A stretch of 64,000 bases of DNA from Lophium mytilinum (taxonomy: Eukaryota). Positions 47,842 to 60,938 of this stretch are shown piece after piece. Under the pieces are notes generated by a model, which saw nothing but the letters and a program-made list of their open reading frames with translations, was not told the origin of the DNA and searched no databases. The position numbers and the translations under genes were made by a program. Position 1 is the first letter of the stretch; each line of letters opens with the position of its first letter. The stretch spans positions 1,819,599-1,883,598 of the forward strand of contig MU004190.1 of the NCBI GenBank assembly GCA_010093605.1, written 5' to 3'.

Positions 47842-50020
47842 AGCGGGGATTATATGGTGCTTGTTAAAAACCCCTTGCAGACCAATCGTTCAGCAAGCGC
47901 TCATTGTGGCCTCGTTCATACTTCCAACTAAGACTGTCACTCCTCGATCGGATTGGGAGTCACTAGTATGTACGGCCGATACTGATGTGGAAGAATAAAA
48001 AGGACAACTCCATCCGAGGCTCGAGGCCGAGAGGCTGTCCCTTACAGTCACCCCGTAGCACAGTTAGATACCTGCGACATCCACTCTTTCTGCAATGGAA
48101 CTTCGCAGGCTATCCCAGTTCCTAGTCTCCAGGGGTAGTTGCGCAATTTATTATCAGTACCCCTGAACGCTGTGGAAGTCCTTCATACTTGCGCCACCGA
48201 GTACACATAAAACCAGGCGGCCACGGAATAATTCTGTGAAGACATTTCAGACGACCCATCCATTCAGCCCCCCGATTTGCTTCGTGCTTGGACAGGAACT
48301 CGCCGCTCTCACCGATCATGCTCAGTCAGCTTCGAACTCCAATGTAACAACGACAATTCGCCGTTTGTCTCAGAATCCCTCGAGTTTGAATTTACTTACT
48401 ATGCGAGCAGCAGGGTCGGGGCAACAATTCTCGACGATCGAAATTCTACCGATCCCTGTATTATACACCTCGGGACAAAATTCCCGACAATGGCCGTTGG
48501 CTCTCTCTCATAACTTTCAGGGACCCAAAACGTTCTGACCTAAAATTCATCAGACAGCGTTCAAGTTGCTCGCGCTCAAATACTCAACAGAAAGATTCTC
48601 GTTGTAACAATGCGTCCGTCGAAAGTTACATTCCAAGTCCCGGTTGCACGTGCCCGCCGGCACTTGACTGACCAGCTTGAACATCCTGCACAGACGGCTT
48701 ACAGAGTGTGGCTGAAATACTTGCCAATCAATGTAATGTGGAATTACCTTTCGCGGCCTAGCAAACCGCCTCATTGCCGGGGCACGGGGCAAGCCATCCG
48801 CCACCGGTTTTCCCCACACACGGGCCGCTCCCTCGGTTTAGCATGACAGGGAAATGTCTGTCTAAGTTGCCTTGCTATGCTTAGCAGTAACTGCATGAGG
48901 TAATAGGGCGAAGATCTAGCAATCGAGGTGCCAGAGAACCACGGCACCGGACTTATAATGATATGCCCGAAAACGAGCAAGCTGGCATCGTCAGGCTTCT
49001 AAAAACACACAGCTTTTTGTGGAGTCAGCCCTTTCTACGAAGCTAGAATCATTGATGGAATCCATTGACTTGAGACAGGCTTGTGGGCTCAGAGGCTCAG
49101 AAGAGCACACCTACCCAGTCACGTCTCAGCCTCTGGCCCCTGCATCGAAAGCAGACTACTGCAAGCAATGCGGATGTGCTCCACAGCGGCAGCTCCTCGG
49201 GTTCCAGAGCCAGTTTCCTGGGGTCATTAGTGAGAGAGCGTCAACACCTAAGACTGACTTCTGCCGCCAGTAAGAGCAATATCGCCTTCAGCGGTGTGAC
49301 GGGGAGAAAACTGCGTCCACCCACAGTCATTCATTGGCTTAGAAAATATCGCTCCATTGTCCCTTTCAGAACAAGGTTTGGCCTAGCAAGGAGCTGCAGT
49401 CTTCTCCGGCTCGTAAGAACTGCTCCCGGGGACCGACTTGAGTCGGATGCTTGCAAACCCGGACCTCCTTTTAGTCTTTGTCCAAACCTTATGCTTGTAG
49501 CCTGGTCCGTCACACCAGAATGGCAGCAACCTCGTTGTTAACCGAGGGGGATCCAACGCACATCCTTTCCTTCTTCTGCAACCTGTCACAGTTGGACGGC
49601 ATTCGAGATCGCCACAAACCCCAGGATCGCATTGATATGGCCCATTCTATTGCGGTCGGGCCTCTTCAACCTCGTTTACAGCATCTCTTCACGTCCGATG
49701 AACTAGCGCGGAAACTGAGTCGACCCCTGTAAACCTCCTTTTCTGGGCTCATAGTGAGCTGGCTTGAAGAATCATTGGCTAGGCAGCTGTTAATCCTCCC
49801 TAAGGGCGTCCGGAATCGCTACCTTATACGGTAAGTTTGTGGCTTGATTTTAGCGCTCGTTCACCGGACGTAAAGACATGCTGTACATTCACTACTATCC
49901 CTAGCCGCGATGATAACTAGGAACATTGCATGCTTCTTCACGTTTTTCTTCAACATAGCTTTCATCATTTCCTAGCTCCTACGTTCCAGTCGCCTACCTG
50001 AATTACGAACAGCTGCAATC

Positions 50021-51376
50021 ATGCTGAAGCAAATGGCATTGACCCTTGTGGTGGTAAACGGTATCTTCTTATCACTCGCGTGCATCACCTTGGGATTGCG
50101 AGTATGGATTCGATCTACTCGAGGAGCTCTGGGTACAGATGACTGGTTATTGCTTGTCGGCCTGGTATGGAGCTTCGAGCATGTCGGTAATGACAGGAGA
50201 GCTGACATTCCATTAGCTCCTCTTCGCTGTGACTGTCGCTATGTCAACAATGAGTGCACATTATGGACTCGGTGTCCACAACTACGGCGCTTCCGCGGCT
50301 GAAATGCAAAATGGGGTAATGGTACGTTGACTACAGTCCTCCGCCTTGCATTACTACATAAGAAATCTAATGTGGTATAGTACTTCGCACTCTGGCAGCT
50401 TTTCTACGTCACAAGCACCGTCCCAGTGAAAGCATCAATTTGCATTTCCCTGCTTCGGATTACCACCAAGAAGCTGTTCCGGGGGATACTCTGGGCACTC
50501 ATCGTACTATCAAGCATCAGCACCTTCATGGCATGCGTCGTGGTTTGGTCCACGTGCCGCCCTATGGCCGCCACTTGGGACAAGTCGATCAAAGGCGCGA
50601 AGTGCAGTTCGCTTGAGATGATTATCGCGTTGAGCTACCTGGTATCGGGTGTGAATGTTGTCACCGACTGGACGTGCGCAATACTGCCGGCGTTTATTCT
50701 ATGGGACATCCAGATGCGGACCAAGCTAAAGTTCTCAGTCTGCGTTATCCTGGGCATGGGAGCAGCGTTAGTTCAATCTTAACTCTTCCAATTTAGTAAA
50801 GACAGGCAAAGCTAATCAAAGCACTTTCTACAGCGCAAGCACGGCAACTTTGATTCGCCTCAAAGCCATTCCCTCGTACAGAAACGCGAATGACTATCTC
50901 TGTAAGACCGCACCGGCCCGCTCAGGATCTCCGAAGCAGCTAACACATTGGCAGACGGGATCGCAGAAATTGCAATCTGGTCGACCGTCGAAATCGGGCT
51001 CGGAATCATCGCCGGATCCGTCGCGACATTGAAGCCCCTCTTCAACAAAGTCTTCGGCAGCTCCACCGACCCCAGCTCGTATGCGGACGGCCGTACACCG
51101 AGGCCTTATCCTGGAAGCTATCGCCTGCATGATGTCTCTAAAAATAAGAGCGCAATCGAGACGACTATCACCGGACGAGGGGAGAACGACCGAAGCGATA
51201 TCAGCGACGAGGACACAGCGAGCCAGCGGAGGATATTAGGAAGGGCTGGTGCGGGCCTAAGCAGCAAGCAGAACGGTGGAGGCATCACTGTTACTCGCGA
51301 TATCAGTGTCGAGGCAGGATCGAATGCGGATCTGAAGTCGACCGAAAGGGAAAGGAGGGTGGCAGACATGATATGA
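50021..51376 (+). CDS. PTH11-like (rhodopsin-domain) integral membrane protein / GPCR, second copy
   Basis: LGLRVWIRSTRGALGTDDWLLLVGL; VKASICISLLRI; CRPMAATWDKSIKGAKC; NVVTDWTCAILPAFILWDIQM; IWSTVEIGLGIIAGSVATLKPLF. Multi-exon. Confidence 0.9.
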
Positions 51377-52617
51377 TGGTCTTCAGTCAATAGGAGGTCT
51401 TACTTGAGCGTTTGGGAGGCAATAGGGGTTTGGATTTGACGTAGGATTACGGAAATTGGTTATGGCATGACGAGTGTGGCTGCACTTCATCACAACTGCA
51501 CTGGAATTCCACGACTCTGGCGAAAGCTGATGGATATTCACATTTGTTTGCTTCTTCAAACGGAAGCTTTCGGAAACCGGCTCAGATACTCGCACGTCAA
51601 TGTTTATATCAATTCTTGATGCTTGAAGACCTATGGAAGTTAACTCAGCGGTAGCAAGCGGGAGTCCACAAGAAGAGAAGTCGGTGTACGCCTGCTCCGA
51701 ACAGACTGCGTTGCTCCAAGCAGATATTGGGCCATGAGAAGGCCTCTGTCCCAAATCAGCTCCATCACTCTCACACTCTACATTTGGGCAATCTCTCCAT
51801 GTTTGACGTAGCTACGTCGGTCAGCAATACATCTTACTATTCTAGAGAAATTACGTTGCCCCAGATATCCGGCATAAGAGCAGATCTCGTCTGATGCGAG
51901 CTTCATTAGTCTTGCGATCTACAAACTCAGTAAGACGCTTCGAAACTTGCATCCACTAGCTCTAGTTCAGGCGGAGCTGCGTTACCTGAAGCGAGGAATC
52001 CGGCATATCAAAGCGGGATTTGGCTCGAGTGAGCTCTAAATCGAATCAGCCCTGAATCATGCCTCCGGGATACCACGGCTGTTCCTAACTGCTCAGATAC
52101 CGAGAATGCAGGCGCCATGCAAGAGCAACGAGGCTGCCGAATCACACGGCACGTTCGCTAGACTAGGTAGCCTATGAACTAGTCGGGAGGTGCGGCACGG
52201 GTAGTAGTGAGACATGGTGCATATGCGCTAATGTAAGAGGGGCTGGACGGAGTCTAACCGACCTCTAGAGAGGACCGTATTTTGCCTACTGCAGGTGAGT
52301 AGGTACCTAACCGTTACGCTACATTTCCTGGGGGCCGATATTTAAAGTCCAACGGCCCGCTGAACATGTTGGCCTTTGCATTTCCCGTCGTTGGTTCTGC
52401 GCCTTCCCCACTTTCTTTGAGCCACCTGCTTGCCTTCTGCATTCGACCTCGATTCCGCAGTGTGGCGCGCCTTGCTCAGTATTGACTTACTCGGCAAAAG
52501 ACCGTATATCTACCCCTCCGCTGAAGCTCGCTTCCTCCCTGACTTCTCAATCAATACAATACTAAGGTTGACCATCCACCGAGCCGCTGCTGAAGCGCTC
52601 TCATCGCAGCAGCCATC

Positions 52618-53694
52618 ATGTCTCACGTTGATGCCATCCCATTCTCCGGAATGTTGAGCCCAGAAGAGGCTGCTGCTTCAGTCTCCGGATCCTCGCTCAA
52701 AGACAAATCTGTTTTGATCACTGGCGGAGCTTCAGGACTCGGTGCTGCTATCGGGCTAGCATACGCAGAGAAAGGGTGTGTTTACAACACGAGATTTCTC
52801 CTCTCAACACCAGAATTGATGGGATTCTAACGACTTTTAGTGCCTATGTCACCATCGCAGACATCAACGAAACCCTCGGAAAAGAACACGCTGCGAAACT
52901 CCAAGAAAAGGGCTTACAGTACTTCTCAACACCATCATCCTTCTAATTTCAAATAACCTGACATTTCCAGCGCGCAATTCATCACTACCGATGTAACGTC
53001 ATGGCCATCACAAGTGGCCGCATTCAAGGCCGCTATCACCTTTTCTCCGACAAAGAACATCCTCGATATCGTCGTTGCTTGCGCAGGTGTCTTCGGTGAC
53101 CCATTCCTCGCCGCCGACGAGGCCGCCGTGACCCTCGAGAACGATCCCCCAGCTCCGAACCTCGTGGCCCTGCAAGTCAACAGCATTGGCTCTTTCTACA
53201 CCGCAAAGCTGGCCCAGCTGTACCTGAAGATGCCGAGCTCCACGCCCAGATCGGAACCCCCGAGTCTCATTCTCATCGCGTCCTTGGCTGCGTACTTCGA
53301 CATCCCGCTGATGAGCAGCTACACCTCTTCCAAATACGCCGTCCGAGGGCTTTTCAGGAGCATTCGCCCCCTCTTTGCTGACCGTGGGATCCGGGTGAAT
53401 CTAATCGCGCCGTGGATTATGGAGACGCCGCTGGTGGTGGAGTGGTTGAAGCTGTTTGATGCCGTGGGTGCGCCACAGGGCGATTCGAAGCAGGTCGTTA
53501 CGGCGGCCTTGAGGTTTGCCGACGACAAGAGCGTGAACGGCCGCGCTTTTGCGATTGGGCCGAAGAGAATTCTGGATCTCGGTGATGACGTCGAGGGAGG
53601 GGATGGCGGAGTGGTTATGCAGGGCTTCTACAAGACGGAATTGCCGGGTTGGGATAAGATGGCAGATGGGCTGAAAGGGCTTATGGGAATTTGA
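52618..53694 (+). CDS. Short-chain dehydrogenase/reductase (classical SDR)
   Basis: KSVLITGGASGLG, VTIADIN, DIVVACAGV, LIASLAAY, catalytic YTSSK and GIRVNLIAPW. Two short introns. Confidence 0.92.
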
Positions 53695-54121
53695 GAGTCT
53701 TCTTCAGGGGCTTCAAGGGGTTGATACCGTCGTATGTGGGACTTGTTCTCGAAATGTAAAGAGCTGAAGCTACCCAATTGCTGCCAGTCAGGTTTGCTAT
53801 ATATTGAATTCACCTAATATTGCACTCCCAGTTCAAGACTAACAAAGCAGCTACTCCTACTCAACTACGAGTACCGCTGCTCCACCAGGTGCTTCAACTC
53901 TCCTAGCTTCATCTCAAGCATTCAAGCAGCCACCTCAAGTCCTCCCTCCGAACCTTCACCTTTCCATAAATTGCGCGCCAACTTCCACCAGCTTTCATGA
54001 ACTTGGCCGCCGCGCTCATTCCCAACTTCTCTCGCTCATCTCGCGCAGTGGTCGTCGTCTTCGTCACCACCGCAGCCGAAATAACGCGAACCATCGTCTC
54101 AGACCCCACGCCACTAACAGC

Positions 54122-54854
54122 ATGTCTCCCCAAGGCGCCATCGAGCCAATGCACATCTCCGACTCAATCTCAGCGCCCAAGCGAATGTCCTGCGGCGGCC
54201 GCATCCAAAGACGAAAGCTATACAAGATCCTAGGAGTCCTAGCCGTTCTAATCTTCGCCCTCGCTATCCTCCCAGTCATCATCGATCACGTCCACGCGAA
54301 GTTTCCCTCTACTGGCGACCAGAGCGAGACCGACCCCTGCAAGGTGGACGTCTACAATATCGTCAACTACCGCTACTACGCCGCTGATCACGTCACCTCC
54401 CACCCGGACCAACCCGTCACCTACGCCAACGTCAGCTTCGACCAGTCTGCGATTTCCGGCGAGGGCGGCATTTTGAAGCCGGCGTCCTGCCACGCCAGCG
54501 AGGAAAATCATAAGCCGTCCGGCTTCGACCCAAACGCGGTGTACGACACTTTTGTTGTGAGCGATGGTTCTGGCGCTCGTGTCTTTGCGATTACGTTGGA
54601 GGACGTGAGTTCGACTGGCGGTAATTTCAATATGTCGGTCTTGTGGGTCTGCGCAGGGTAAGCCAATCCCTGACTATCGTTGTCAAGTCGGTCGCTAATC
54701 TAGCGCGACTCGTAGCCATCCGTATAGGTCTTGGACGAATGTCACGCTGGAGCCCTATGAGTGCGGCTCTGTCGATAACGGCACGTGGACTGGGATGCTC
54801 TGCAAGGGCCCGCCTCTCTACTCGTTCACGGCGGAACATCAACAGAGAGAGTGA
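54122..54854 (+). CDS. Small membrane-anchored/secreted protein, possibly Alt a 1 (AA1)-like
   Basis: Basic RRK is followed by a hydrophobic helix, then ANVSF..SCHAS..FDPNAVY..MSVLWVC. After a GTAAGC..GCTAAT..TAG intron, exon 2 reads HPYRSWTNVTLEPYEC..C..QRE*. The fold assignment rests on motif resemblance only. Confidence 0.62.
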
Positions 54855-55036
54855 GCTGGGGGGACTCTTTGCGGTCGGTTGAAGGGTCTTCTAAGGGACT
54901 TGGAAAACAATGGTGTTAGTGCGGAGGTGGCCCCTTTGTTCTTGTTTTTTTCAACTTTTAGGCAATCTTGGGAGATGTTTTGGGTATCAAAGACCCGTTA
55001 GCGTAGTCACATCTTCGTCCAAAGTAACAGGTGTGA

Positions 55037-55975
55037 TTATACGTACGCGTTGCCCATACGCAGAATGTTGATAGGATTTCTCGCAAGCGTCGTTCCAGGA
55101 GTACAAATCAGTTCTTGAAGTAACTGAACGTAGGTTTCTCCGTCATTATCAGGAACTGGCTCATAGCCTTCGAAGGACGCACCAGGGGGTGCACGAAGAG
55201 CCACTTTGGCATGCTGAAGACTGGGAAGTTGGTGGAGGCGTGCGAGCTCGTGCCTGAGAACAGGGCTGATCCAAGCTGTGATGAGCTCATCGTTCGGAAC
55301 GTTGAGATCCCGACCACGGACAATGATACGGATTGAATGCCAGAGAGGGCGGCAACAACCGTGGGGACGAAGGTCGAATACCATCATCTCGATGCATTTC
55401 CTACAACATGGTCGGCGCCTGAGTGGTTTATGGAAATATCGCCGATGGCTTGCGCCTGCTTCAAACTCAGAGTTTTCAACAGAAACATTCTTAGAGTCAG
55501 ACCAGATTCGAAGTAGGAAACATTAGCGGAAGATAACAGCAAGCGCGCTTCGTGATATATCTGTCGGCAAACTCGCAGCAAACGAACATCCATGAGTTCG
55601 ATGTCATGCCAGGGATATTGCTCACCCAGGGCACCGGGGAGGAGAAGGAGGGAGCTCGCGTGTTACACTGTTAACTCTGGAGTCCTGGTGCTTTCGACAG
55701 ATTATCTCGTTCCTGTATCGTGGTTTGGCGGGTATGACAGGCCAAATTGCATCTCGAGGGTAAGATACCAGCGATGGCCCCTCCGCCGCCGGTTTAAGGC
55801 CACTGGCCGGCCGGACAGGGGTAGTACTATGCGCTATACGGAGAGAACTTCTATAGGCGTCGATTTCTACACCATTTACACTGCCGCCGATGACGTATTC
55901 GTATATCGTGTTCCTAATCTCGGGTGGAAGGTGGAGGAGAGAAGACGAGGTTGAATTGTGGAGGGTTCAAACCTA
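55037..55975 (-). pseudogene. DUF7730-like (LP.EIR..IY) fungal protein remnant
   Basis: HNSTSSSLLHLPPEIRNTIYEYVIGG (~55890-55960) and RLLRVCRQIYHEARLLLSSANVSYF (ORF 55384..55593) are separated by stops and frameshifts. An in-frame TGA lies just upstream of the first motif. Confidence 0.6.
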
Positions 55976-56776
55976 CTTGTTAGCAGTAATCCAAATCTCT
56001 TACGTCCCAGTACCTACGCCGCATCTTTCGTAGCCGTAGCTGCGTTAGACGTAGTGCTTTGACTTAGGCACCCCTCAACCGGTGCGGCGCGCTCCGAGGA
56101 TATATCCAACAGCGAGCTCAGAACTGGCGAAAAGCTCGAAGCGGGCGTTGGGTTTGATGGGGACAAAACACACGACGGAGAGGATGGTCGTTGATAGCAG
56201 GTACACATTTTGATTTCGTGAGATTCTGTGTGCTCAATCGTAGTAGAGGCGGGCCAGATACGGCTTTACGGCTCCCTAGACAGAAGACGAGGTTGACGAA
56301 GCCCGAACGAGAGGAACACGCTCGACTTTGTATGTGAGGTTGATTGATTGATTGATAGATAGATTCATGTTATCTGGAGTATCCTTGTCCTGGATTGAGA
56401 AGAGGAACATTTGAAAGGGTCCCGCCTCAGGGGCCAGGGGCCTTGGAATGCGCCCTAGCTAAGCAGACACCAAGACAAGGCCGATCTGCTTCTTCTTGCT
56501 CTACTAAACATGTGATACGCGAGGTAGAAGGCGAGAAGCTCGAGCTGAAGACAGCGATGGTGTTGAACTTGGGTAGATCTCTAGCGACCTACTGGGTCGG
56601 CCATGGCTCCTCTTTTAGCGGGCGCCACAGGGGACGCTGGACTTCGATGCACCAGCTTTGCAGTGGAATCATGACGGCATCCCAAACCATTCGACTACGA
56701 AGCACCACGTCCATGATCCTCGCCGTTCTTCAATCGCACGGCTGATGCTGACCGCACCCCGAAAGCGTCGCCCGCC

Positions 56777-58393
56777 ATGATCATCTCCCCCGCGCGCGGA
56801 GGCACCGCCAAAATCGTTATCGCGCTCGCTGCCGGATGCATCCTCCTCTTCCTCTGGAACTTCGCTCTCCCCCACTACTCTAGCACCATAATTCACCCTG
56901 AAAATGGAGGAAAGGCAAAGCCGACAGGCGCAGAGGACGAGTACAAGCCCGGGGAGTTCTTCCAGGACGCCAAACCCGCCAATGCGAGCAGGACGGTCGA
57001 GTTGAACGATACGCCCCCGCAAGAGGAGATTCAGGAAATAGCCAAGAAGCCTACTCCCACGCCTGTTCCCGCGCATGAAGAGACCGCTACAAACACGAAA
57101 TGCTCCGAGGTCAAAGGCGCCGACGACGTGATGGTCGTGCTCAAAACCAGCGCCGCCGAGATCTACGACAAGCTCCCCGAACACCTCCTCACCCTCTTAG
57201 CCTGCGCACCCCACCACGCCATCTTCTCCGACCTCGCTGGCACATTCTCCGGACACAATGTTTATGATGCGCTGGAGAACGTCACGGCAGAGACCCGCAA
57301 AGAGCACGACGAATTCAGGTTCTACGACAAGATACAGCAATACGGCACCGAAGCCCAGCACCTCGCCAACCTCAAAGGCGACACCTCCAAAGACCTCGAC
57401 AAGTGGAAGTTCCTGCCCATGGTATACCGCGCCTACAAGCTCCGCCCGGCGACCAAATTTTTCGTCTTTATCGAAGACGACACTTCCCTCAGCTGGACGA
57501 ACTTGCTGCAATGGCTCTCTCGCCTCGACGCTCGGATCCCCCTCTATGCCGGCGCACCCTCCAATGTCGGTGATTTGCGATTCGCGCAGCGCGGTGGCGG
57601 ATACTTGATATCAAACGCGGCGATGAAGCTGTATGCGAACGCGTACGAGCAGCGGTATGCGACCAAATGGGAGAAGCGGACGGCAAGCGAATGCTGTGGG
57701 GACGTCATGCTCGCGATTGCGCTGGATGACGCGCATGTGGAGTTCTACTCCGCTTTCCCGCTGCTGCAGGGTGAGAGTGTCGCGAGTCTGGACTGGACGG
57801 ACAGGCATTGGTGCGCACCGGCTGTAAGCTGGCATCACATGGACAGCAACGAGATCGACATGGTGTGGAACTTCCAGCAGAGTTGGGTAAAGGATCACGT
57901 ACGTATACTGCTTTACCCCGGTTGCCGATCGAAGATGAGAGGGAAGAGAATGGAGTGCTAACATTGCGGATCGCAGGGCTGGCAAACACCCTACCTCGTC
58001 AAGCATGCCTTCACATCCTTCGTCTCGCCTCGCCTCTCCCCCGACCGCGCCGCCTGGGACAACCTCTCCCAGGATACCCGCATCAAGAAACCCGCCGACA
58101 ACGCTGCTATCGAGGATACTGTCAATTGGAACGGCCTTTCAGAAGCCGAGAAGAATGCGACAGCATCTTTCGCCAACTGTCGCAAGCAGTGCGAGGCAAA
58201 AGAGCAGTGCCTGCAATATAAATACCGCCAAGGAGAGAAGGAATGCGTGCTCGGCAACGTAGTGCGGTTAGGTAGCGCAATATCCGAGGGAGGAGATAAA
58301 GACACCAGGAGTGGCTGGGTGGTGGATAGGGTGAATGACATGGTGAAGAAATGGGAGCCGTGCGCTGAGCCGAGTTGGAAGTTCAACCAGTGA
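56777..58393 (+). CDS. Glycosyltransferase family 31 (Fringe-like) protein
   Basis: N-terminal TM; DVMVVLKTSAAEIYDKLPEHL; DLDKWKFLPM..KFFVFIEDDT (DxD-like); FAQRGGGYLIS; CCGDVMLA; AVSWHH. An intron at ~57899-57975 precedes a Cys-rich last exon ending WKFNQ*. Confidence 0.9.
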
Positions 58394-58857
58394 TCCCCTG
58401 AAGACGAAGAAGAGTGTGGATGATCTTCTTACTGAGCATTTGATAATATTAAATATGGGTCCGGTAGGATATGATGGCGTTTGGGGTTGTATTGGTGTTT
58501 ATGGAGAATGCGCTGCCCCCTCGGAGTAGGGAATACGGTATATTGATATATACCGGCGTCTACAGTCTATAGTGAGTTGCTCGTCGACAGCTCGGTTTCA
58601 TTGTATATCTATTCTCAGAAGCGAAATATACAGTACTTCCAAGGTTCTCCTACCGTTGCCACGAAATCATCTAGACAATAGATGGAAACGCCTTCCTCGC
58701 TGTCATCGCGATAGTATCACAACAATGCTAGCATTTGCTTCCGCACCAGACTCGAGTCTATATCGGCCATCAATTCTATCATAGATTCCCCGAAAGATTT
58801 TGGATCCACAGAGAGACTTCGGCCTCCAGCATGAAGCTCGATGACAATGCCCCCACA

Positions 58858-58952
58858 TCTCCTCCTCCTCCTTCTTCTTCTTCTTCGTCACCCTATCCTC
58901 TTCGTCGTCGTCTTCTTCCTCTTCCTCTTCTTTTTCTTCTTCTTCTTCCTCC
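58858..58952. repeat. Compound trinucleotide microsatellite (TCC/TCT/TCG)n
   Basis: cctcctcctccttcttcttcttcttcgtc...tcttcgtcgtcgtcttcttcctcttcctcttc...tcttcttcttcttcctcc. Confidence 0.8.
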
Positions 58953-59681
58953 CACGAAAAATCCAAGTTGGGGGTGGGAGGGACCTTCATATACCCCTTT
59001 CGGAAACCCGGAAGGCGCTGCCTGGTAGGCAGCAGCGAGCGTGCGGGGGTGATTTGGAGCGGGACAAGGCAGTGGACTTCACTTAACGAGGTTCCTCTTC
59101 ATTTCTTTCGTGGTGAGTTATGGACGGATAGGGGATCAGCCGGTAGGGTCTTTATGTGGCTTCGATGGGCTAACAAACTCCAGTCTACTCCCTCCCTAAC
59201 CTATCTGCTAATGTGACCTTATGCTGCAGTGGCTGAGTTCAGCTCAGGTTCGCATAAATTTTCGCAAGGATAACGCCTCTGCCTCCCTGCAAGTGTCCGA
59301 GACCCTATCAAGCGAAAATCCTAATAGCTATATCGGCGAGCGTTGTTATCTGAAAGACAACCTAGTTACTTATGATTTAATCATCTCACTACTTTTCGCA
59401 AGTACATCCATTCCGCTACTTCTATAACCTTTTCGAGTCATTTATCAGTACACTAGCGACTAGCATCGTTGTAGCTAGGCACTTTTGCTTAGCTCGTCGG
59501 GCTGGGTTTTACCGACTGACCGACTACACCGGAAACATAACCATCATTGACCTCCGTCTTCAGTTCATCGAGGCATGATATAGAGGCAGTGCCCACCGCT
59601 ACCAATATGTCGTAAAGGTGTGATAAAACAGTATCCTAGAGGAACAAGTGCTTCAAGAACATGTGACCAGAGCATCCAGTG

Positions 59682-60938
59682 ATGTCTAACGTCAACATCC
59701 TCATTTCCGGCTCTGGCATCGCCAGCAGCGTCTTCGCCTTCTGGTTGCTGCGAGCCCATCCCACCGCAAAAATTACCATAGTCGAGCGCGACCCAGCTCT
59801 CCGCTTAACCGGCGCCAGCGTCGACATCCGCAGCTCAGCCGTCGACATCATCAAATGGATGAACGCCGAGCAAGAGATCCGCAAGCACACCACTAAAGAA
59901 GAGGGCCTCCAGTTCGTAAAAGCCAATGGCAAGGCTATAGCAACCTTCCTTGCGACCGGCCGATCAGACGTTCAGAGCTTCACATCCGAGTTCGAGATCT
60001 TCCGCGGGCGGCTCGCGAAGATCTTCATCGACCTCATCATAGACCGGGTGAAGCTCATCTTTGATGAGTCGGTCGACTACTTCGAGCAGCGCGACGACAG
60101 CGTGGCCGTTACGTTCGCGAAGAGCAAGGAAACCAAGACGTACGACCTCCTCGTGGCTGCGGACGGCCTGGGCTCCAAGATCCGCGGCATCATGCTGAAC
60201 CGCAAGCCGCACGAGCAACTCTACGACGAGGGCGTGCACGTCGCGTACTTCACCATCAAACGCGACCTACTGCAGGGCGGCCGTCTAGCAAAGTGGTACA
60301 ACGCCCCGGGCGGCCGCGTCGTCTTCCTGCGCCCGGATCTCGATCCCACCGGCCGTACGAGAGGCAATCTCATCAACGTCACCACAAGAGGCGACACCGA
60401 AACCAAGGCGAGACTCAACAAAGCGCTGCGCGAAGGCAACGATAGCTACATGAAGCTGATGGAAGATATGTTCTGCGATGTGGGCGGGGTGGCGCCCGAG
60501 GTGCTGCAGGGCATGCGCGACAGCGACGACTTCTACTGCTCGCTGTTCGGGCAGATCAGGTCGCCGAAACTGAGAGATGGCCGAGTGGTCCTGCTGGGCG
60601 ATGCCGGGTATGCGACGCCTGGGTTTGGCACTAGTCTTGCGATTATCGGTGGCTATGTTCTTGCTGGAGAGCTGTTGAGTAGTTCTGGCGATGTCGATGC
60701 GGCGTTAATGCGGTATGAAGACATCATGCTGCCGTTTGTGAAGGGGTCGCAGGGTGGTGGGGATAATGCGATGCAGATGCTTAATCCGCAGACTATGTGG
60801 GGGATTAGGATCAGGAATGTTATTTTGGGTTTCGTGAGTTGGGTGAAGCTGGATAGGTTGGTGATGCGCGTGGCCTCTGTGATGGGCTTCGGAGAGAAAA
60901 AGGCACCTTTGCCGGATTATCAGTGGCTGGCTTGTTGA
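59682..60938 (+). CDS. FAD-dependent monooxygenase (FAD_binding_3 / UbiH-like)
   Basis: ILISGSGIAS (Rossmann), YDLLVAADGLGSKIR (DG motif) and GRVVLLGDAGYA..GFGTSLAIIGGYVLAGEL (GD motif). Intronless. Confidence 0.92.
   Translation: MSNVNILISGSGIASSVFAFWLLRAHPTAKITIVERDPALRLTGASVDIRSSAVDIIKWMNAEQEIRKHTTKEEGLQFVKANGKAIATFLATGRSDVQSFTSEFEIFRGRLAKIFIDLIIDRVKLIFDESVDYFEQRDDSVAVTFAKSKETKTYDLLVAADGLGSKIRGIMLNRKPHEQLYDEGVHVAYFTIKRDLLQGGRLAKWYNAPGGRVVFLRPDLDPTGRTRGNLINVTTRGDTETKARLNKALREGNDSYMKLMEDMFCDVGGVAPEVLQGMRDSDDFYCSLFGQIRSPKLRDGRVVLLGDAGYATPGFGTSLAIIGGYVLAGELLSSSGDVDAALMRYEDIMLPFVKGSQGGGDNAMQMLNPQTMWGIRIRNVILGFVSWVKLDRLVMRVASVMGFGEKKAPLPDYQWLAC

Noticed and set aside
58703..59086. Poly-Glu/Lys or poly-Phe/Leu ORFs
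   Set aside because: Translations of a trinucleotide microsatellite.
20079..60938. A secondary-metabolite biosynthetic cluster (GMC, SDR, FAD monooxygenase, acyl-CoA oxidase)
   Set aside because: There is no PKS, NRPS, terpene synthase or cluster transcription factor in the window, and the enzymes are widely separated by unrelated genes.
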